Source: an uncultured Alistipes sp. (GTDB taxonomy: Bacteria; Bacteroidota; Bacteroidia; Bacteroidales; Rikenellaceae). Taken from it: 39,414 nt of DNA. Positions 35,088 to 39,414 of this stretch are shown piece by piece (position 1 is the stretch's first letter; each line of letters begins with the position of its first letter). The stretch covers positions 1-39,414 of the forward strand of contig CAZVGH010000002.1 in NCBI GenBank assembly GCA_964626515.1, read 5' to 3'. The notes under the pieces were generated by a model. The model saw only the letters and a program-made list of their open reading frames with translations, had not been told where the DNA came from and did no database searches. Made by a program: the position numbers and the translations under genes.

Positions 35088-38000
35088 TTAGAAGGTGGCG
35101 GTCAGGGCAAACGACATCGTGCGGGCGAAGGGATAGGAGAGGCCTCGCTCGACCTTGATCGACGAAATGGTTGCCACGTTGTTGATATAGAAGGTCAGTC
35201 GCATGCGCTGCATGTGCAGGGGCTTGACGACAGCCCGCGGGAATTCGTAGTAGGCCGAGATCGACGAAATCGTCAACTCGTTGCGGTCCTGCACGAAACG
35301 GGTCGTGGGACGGGTGCTCACCGCGGAGTTGAACTTCTTGAAGGCTGTGATCTGTCCCGGAGTGGTCCAGCGGCCCGTCAGCACGCGACGGTCGACGTTG
35401 TAGGCCATGTCGACGTTCTCGATGCGGTCGACGAGGGTCGAGTTGTACATCTGACCGCCGCCGAGGTAGCTGAACGTCGTGTTCAGACCGATGCCCTTCC
35501 ATTCGCCCGAGAAGCCGAACGTACCGCGGTATTTCGGATCCGAAACACCCGCTACGACCATATCGTCGCCGCTGTACTTGTAGGTGAGCGAGCCGTCCTT
35601 TTTGATGTAGACCTCCTGACCCGAGGCGGGGTCGATACCGGCCGACGGAACGGCCCAGATGGCGTTCATCGGCATGCCGTCCTCATAGAGCAGCACGGGG
35701 GTCGAGTTGCCGGCAGCTTCGGCATTCTTGCGCGTCTGCTCGTTGTAGGTGCGCATGCTCTCCGAGAGGCGGATGATCTTGTTCTTGCCGTAGTAGATCG
35801 TACCGTTGAGGTTGAAGAATCCGTTCTTGCCCTGCCATGCCGTGAATTTGGCCTGCAGCTCGAAACCGGTGTTGCGCACCAGACCGAGGTTCGTCTTCAC
35901 CGAGCCGAAGCCCGTCGAGGTGGGGATCGACATATCGGTGAGCATGTTCTCCGAGTCGGCGCGGAAGAGGTCGGCGGTCAGCTGCAGCTTCCAGATATCG
36001 AGGTCGACACCGACGTTGTAGTCCATCTTCTGCTCCCAGCGCAGCTCGGGGTTGGGCATGATCGAGAGGTAGGCGCCCGTCTGGCCCTGGTAGGAGACAC
36101 CCGTATAATAAAGGTAGGTGGCGATCGAGCTGTTGGTCGTGAAGTTCTGGTTACCCGTCAGACCGACCGAACCGCGCAGCTTGAGGCGCGTGATGACCTG
36201 CTGGTCCTGCATGAAGGATTCGTTGTGCAGGTTCCAGCCGATACCGACCGACCAGCTCGATGCCCAGCGGTTGTCGGCACCGAAGAGCGACGAGGCGCTC
36301 AGGCGGTAGGTGGCGTCGAGCAGGTAGCGGTTGTCGTAGTCGTAGGCTGCCGCTGCGAGGAAGCTCGCCTCGCGGTTGAGCGACGACATGCCGACCGGCT
36401 TCGTACCCTCGGCATACTGGCGTGCGAGGGTGATATCGGCCTTGTTGCTGTTGGGGAAACCTTCGGCGGTGTGCTGATAGGCCGAGTATTTCGTTTCGGA
36501 GAGGCTGCCGCCGAGGTTGGCGAAGACGGAGTGTTTGCCGAACTTCTGGTTGAAGTTGATGTTCAGGTCACCCGACATCATGCTGCGCTTGCCGTTCTCG
36601 AGAATGTATTTGCCTCGGAGGAGCAGCTGATCGGAGTTATAGGAGTGGAACATCGAGTGCTGGGCCGGATAGAAGGCGTCCGAGTCGTTGCGCTGCTGCG
36701 AAACGCCGAAACGGCCGACGGCCTTGAGCGACTTGAGGATCTGCCACTCGGCGTAGAAGTTGTTCGTGAAGGTCAGGTAGCTTGACGTGATCGACGTACC
36801 GATGGTCGCGTCGTAAAGCGGGTTGGCTACCTTGGTGACGGTCGATGAGTAGCCCTCAACACCCTCGGCATAGCGGTACAGGTTGCCCTGCTCGTCGGTC
36901 GCCTGCCAGAAGGGGTTCATCTTGGCATAATCGCTGAACGAGCCGTAGGGCGACTCCTTGCTCTTGTTCGAGAGCACGGTCAGGATGTTGCGGAACAGCA
37001 GCTTCTTGGTGCGGTAGGCGACGTTGGCGCTGATCTGGGTGTTCTGACGGCCCGAGCCCTTCATGACACCCTGCACGTCGTTGTACGAAACGTCCAGCAG
37101 GGTGCGCAGTCCGCGCGGATCGCCCAGCTCGACGCTCAGCGTGTGCTTGTGGCCGATACCCGTGCGGAGCGGCTTGGCGAGCCAGTCGGTGCTCAGACCC
37201 TCTTTGGCCAGCTTGTAGCGGCGGTTGTAAAGCTGGGTCAACTCGGCCTGTTTCTGCGGGTCCGTCTTACTCGTATAGAGTCCTTCGTTGAGCTCGGCCT
37301 GGAGTTTTTCGAAAGCGTTGCAGAGGTCGTAGCTCGAAAGGTCGGGCATCTCGACCGACATGCTGCCGTTGTAGGAGACCGTCGGACGGCCGCTCGAAAG
37401 ACGGCGCGTCTCGATGACGATGACGCCGTTGGCGGCCTTCGAACCGTAGAGCGCCTTCGCCGAGGCGTCCTTGAGCAGGGTCATGCTCTCGACGCGGTTC
37501 ATGTCCATATCCATGATCGTCTCGATCGAAGTCTCGAAACCGTCGAGGATGAAGAGCGGCTGGTTGGGCTGGTTCTGGTAGTTGCTCTTGAAGGCCGTGG
37601 CCGATTCGGCGCCCGGGAAACTCGTGTTGCCGCGCATCGAAATCGTGGGCATCGAGTTCGGGTCGGAGCCGGCCAGCATGTTGTCGGGCATGTAGATCGT
37701 CGGGTCGATCGACTTCAGGCTCTGCAGCAGGTTCTGGTTGCCGACACGCATGATATCGCTCTGGGTCAGCGTCTTCGAAGCACCCGTGTAGCTCTCGGCC
37801 TTGCGGGTGTAGATACCCGTGACGACCACTGCATCCATGCTCTGGGCCTCGGGCTCCATACGCACGAGGCGTGCGTCGCGGATGTTGACTGTCTGAGGTT
37901 TGTATCCGATGAAGGAGAAGCGCAGCGAGTCGCACCGTCTGTCGACGATGATGGAGAACTGGCCCTTGTTGCCCGAGGTCGTACCTGTGCCGGGTTTGCT

Positions 38001-38222
38001 GGGATCGACGATTGTCACGCCGACCATTTCTGCGCCCGTCTCGTCGACTACGACGCCGTGGATCGCAACCGAGTTCCGCGATTGCTGTTGAGCCTCCGCG
38101 ACGGAGGCCGCGAATAGCAGGATCAGGACGAGCGCCTTATGCAGGCACGGTCTGAATCCCCCCCCCTCGTTCGACTGTATTCGGTTGAGAACCAGTCTGA
38201 TGCTTGAGTAGAATTTTTTCAT
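35088..38222 (-). CDS. susC: SusC/RagA TonB-dependent outer-membrane transporter
   Basis: Carboxypeptidase-like N domain (FSFIGY), TonB box DAVVVTG, LKDASAKALYGSKAANGVIVI, NPELRWE, C-terminal F; likely start MKKFYS. Confidence 0.95.
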   Translation of the reverse strand: MKKFYSSIRLVLNRIQSNEGGGFRPCLHKALVLILLFAASVAEAQQQSRNSVAIHGVVVDETGAEMVGVTIVDPSKPGTGTTSGNKGQFSIIVDRRCDSLRFSFIGYKPQTVNIRDARLVRMEPEAQSMDAVVVTGIYTRKAESYTGASKTLTQSDIMRVGNQNLLQSLKSIDPTIYMPDNMLAGSDPNSMPTISMRGNTSFPGAESATAFKSNYQNQPNQPLFILDGFETSIETIMDMDMNRVESMTLLKDASAKALYGSKAANGVIVIETRRLSSGRPTVSYNGSMSVEMPDLSSYDLCNAFEKLQAELNEGLYTSKTDPQKQAELTQLYNRRYKLAKEGLSTDWLAKPLRTGIGHKHTLSVELGDPRGLRTLLDVSYNDVQGVMKGSGRQNTQISANVAYRTKKLLFRNILTVLSNKSKESPYGSFSDYAKMNPFWQATDEQGNLYRYAEGVEGYSSTVTKVANPLYDATIGTSITSSYLTFTNNFYAEWQILKSLKAVGRFGVSQQRNDSDAFYPAQHSMFHSYNSDQLLLRGKYILENGKRSMMSGDLNINFNQKFGKHSVFANLGGSLSETKYSAYQHTAEGFPNSNKADITLARQYAEGTKPVGMSSLNREASFLAAAAYDYDNRYLLDATYRLSASSLFGADNRWASSWSVGIGWNLHNESFMQDQQVITRLKLRGSVGLTGNQNFTTNSSIATYLYYTGVSYQGQTGAYLSIMPNPELRWEQKMDYNVGVDLDIWKLQLTADLFRADSENMLTDMSIPTSTGFGSVKTNLGLVRNTGFELQAKFTAWQGKNGFFNLNGTIYYGKNKIIRLSESMRTYNEQTRKNAEAAGNSTPVLLYEDGMPMNAIWAVPSAGIDPASGQEVYIKKDGSLTYKYSGDDMVVAGVSDPKYRGTFGFSGEWKGIGLNTTFSYLGGGQMYNSTLVDRIENVDMAYNVDRRVLTGRWTTPGQITAFKKFNSAVSTRPTTRFVQDRNELTISSISAYYEFPRAVVKPLHMQRMRLTFYINNVATISSIKVERGLSYPFARTMSFALTATF
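38158..38166 (-). repeat. G9 homopolymer within the susC 5' coding region
   Basis: GAG GGG GGG GGA (E-G-G-G), about codons 19-22. Confidence 0.8.
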
Positions 38223-38587
38223 TGGATAGGAGTTAAATAAAAGGATGCGAACTTTTCGCATAAAATCCAACGGCAATGTAAGACTTTTTTTGCAATAAAA
38301 TAGAGCTGTTTGTGTTATTTTATCATCATTTAATTAACAATTCTTTGATTATCTTATCCGCAGGCGTCGAAAGCCACTTTTTTGAAAGCATTTTCCGCCA
38401 TCCTTCGCATGCGCTTTTTTGCGGCCACGGCTGCGGTTGCCGACGGCGCCAGCGGACGGGGTTTCCCCGCAGCCGCTCGCTGCGGCGGCCGTCCGTTTTG
38501 CGCCTCGGCAGGGGATGCCCGGGGTGGCACGATCGGGACGGATCGAAAAGGTCGCATTTTTTTTATGCGTTTTCGGGGAGAATGTTA

Positions 38588-38595
38588 TATCTTTG
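38588..38595 (+). promoter_or_regulatory. -7 promoter element of hpt
   Basis: TATCTTTG 44 nt before the ATG. Confidence 0.6.
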
Positions 38596-38638
38596 TACCT
38601 CTTCGAGAGGTAACCGAACCAAACTGCTATAAAAATAT

Positions 38639-39187
38639 ATGGAGCAAATCATCCGACTTCACGACAAACGCTTCAAGGTGATGATTCCTGCCGAGCGCAT
38701 CGACAAGGTGGTGTCGGCCGTAGCCGACCGCATCAACAGCGACTATGCGGATAAGGAGACGCCGATCTTTCTGGGCGTGCTGAACGGCTCGTTCATGTTT
38801 TTCAGCGACCTGATCAAGAAGATCGAGTTCAACAGCGAGATCTCCTTCGTCAAGCTCGCTTCCTATGCAGGTACCGCCTCGACGGGTGAGGTGCGCAGCC
38901 TGATCGGCCTGAACGGTTCGATCGAGGGGCGCCACATCATCATCGTGGAGGACATCGTCGATACGGGCGAGAGCATCGCCCACATGATCGCCGAACTCGA
39001 GAAACACCGCCCCGCGTCGGTGGAGGTCTGCACGCTCTTCTTCAAGCCCGCCTCCTACCGCAAGCAGATTCCGATCCGCTACGCCGCCATGGAGATCGGC
39101 AACGAGTTCATCGTGGGCTACGGTCTGGACTACGACCAGCTGGGCCGTTCGCTGAAGGATATTTACGTCGTCACGGAGGAGGAGTAA
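38639..39187 (+). CDS. hpt: Hypoxanthine phosphoribosyltransferase
   Basis: [27 protein letters not shown]. Confidence 0.96.
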   Translation: MEQIIRLHDKRFKVMIPAERIDKVVSAVADRINSDYADKETPIFLGVLNGSFMFFSDLIKKIEFNSEISFVKLASYAGTASTGEVRSLIGLNGSIEGRHIIIVEDIVDTGESIAHMIAELEKHRPASVEVCTLFFKPASYRKQIPIRYAAMEIGNEFIVGYGLDYDQLGRSLKDIYVVTEEE

Positions 39188-39194
39188 CCCGGCC

Positions 39195-39414
39195 ATGACT
39201 GCCATCGAGAGGACCGAACTGCTGGACGGCGGCCGCCTGCTGCCGCTCGTGGAGGATTTCTATACGATCCAGGGTGAGGGGTATCACGCCGGCAAGCCGG
39301 CCTATTTCATCCGCCTGGGCGGATGCGACGTGGGGTGCAGCTGGTGCGATGCGAAGTACACGTGGAATCCGCGCCTCTATCCTCCGACGCCGATCGGCAC
39401 GGTGATCGAGCGCG
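39195..39414 (+). CDS. queE: 7-carboxy-7-deazaguanine synthase QueE (truncated by window end)
   Basis: Hand translation: [37 protein letters not shown] (radical SAM CxxxCxxC). Confidence 0.9.
   Translation, partial: MTAIERTELLDGGRLLPLVEDFYTIQGEGYHAGKPAYFIRLGGCDVGCSWCDAKYTWNPRLYPPTPIGTVIER

Noticed and set aside
38223-38640. Invertible promoter upstream of susC
   Set aside because: No convincing flanking inverted repeats found by eye, and no recombinase in the window.

Overview
High-GC Bacteroidota chromosomal segment, most likely Alistipes/Rikenellaceae (inferred from gene content, GC and TAnnTTTG promoters). Housekeeping genes: recQ (partial), rsmA, rplU-rpmA, cysQ, trkA, a GH3-family gene, deoxynucleoside kinase, RsmF-type methyltransferase, MerR, Nif3, zinc-ribbon protein, nadE, rseC-rnfBCDGEA, hpt, queE (partial). 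Accessory content: an orphan CI-like repressor with facing promoters and a palindrome; a degenerate receiver/HEAT/GT2 operon; a secreted protein plus beta-barrel pair; and a SusC/SusD-lipoprotein-ABC (two GldG fusions) locus with a G9 tract early in susC. Top observation: two minus-strand leader RNAs (about 2911-3140 and 24729-24958) share almost no sequence but have the same helix-by-helix architecture. Each has a two-block sequence and its exact complement displayed inside a terminator, resembling a C4/CI-like antisense attenuator with a locus-specific code. All calls are by eye; no searches were run.
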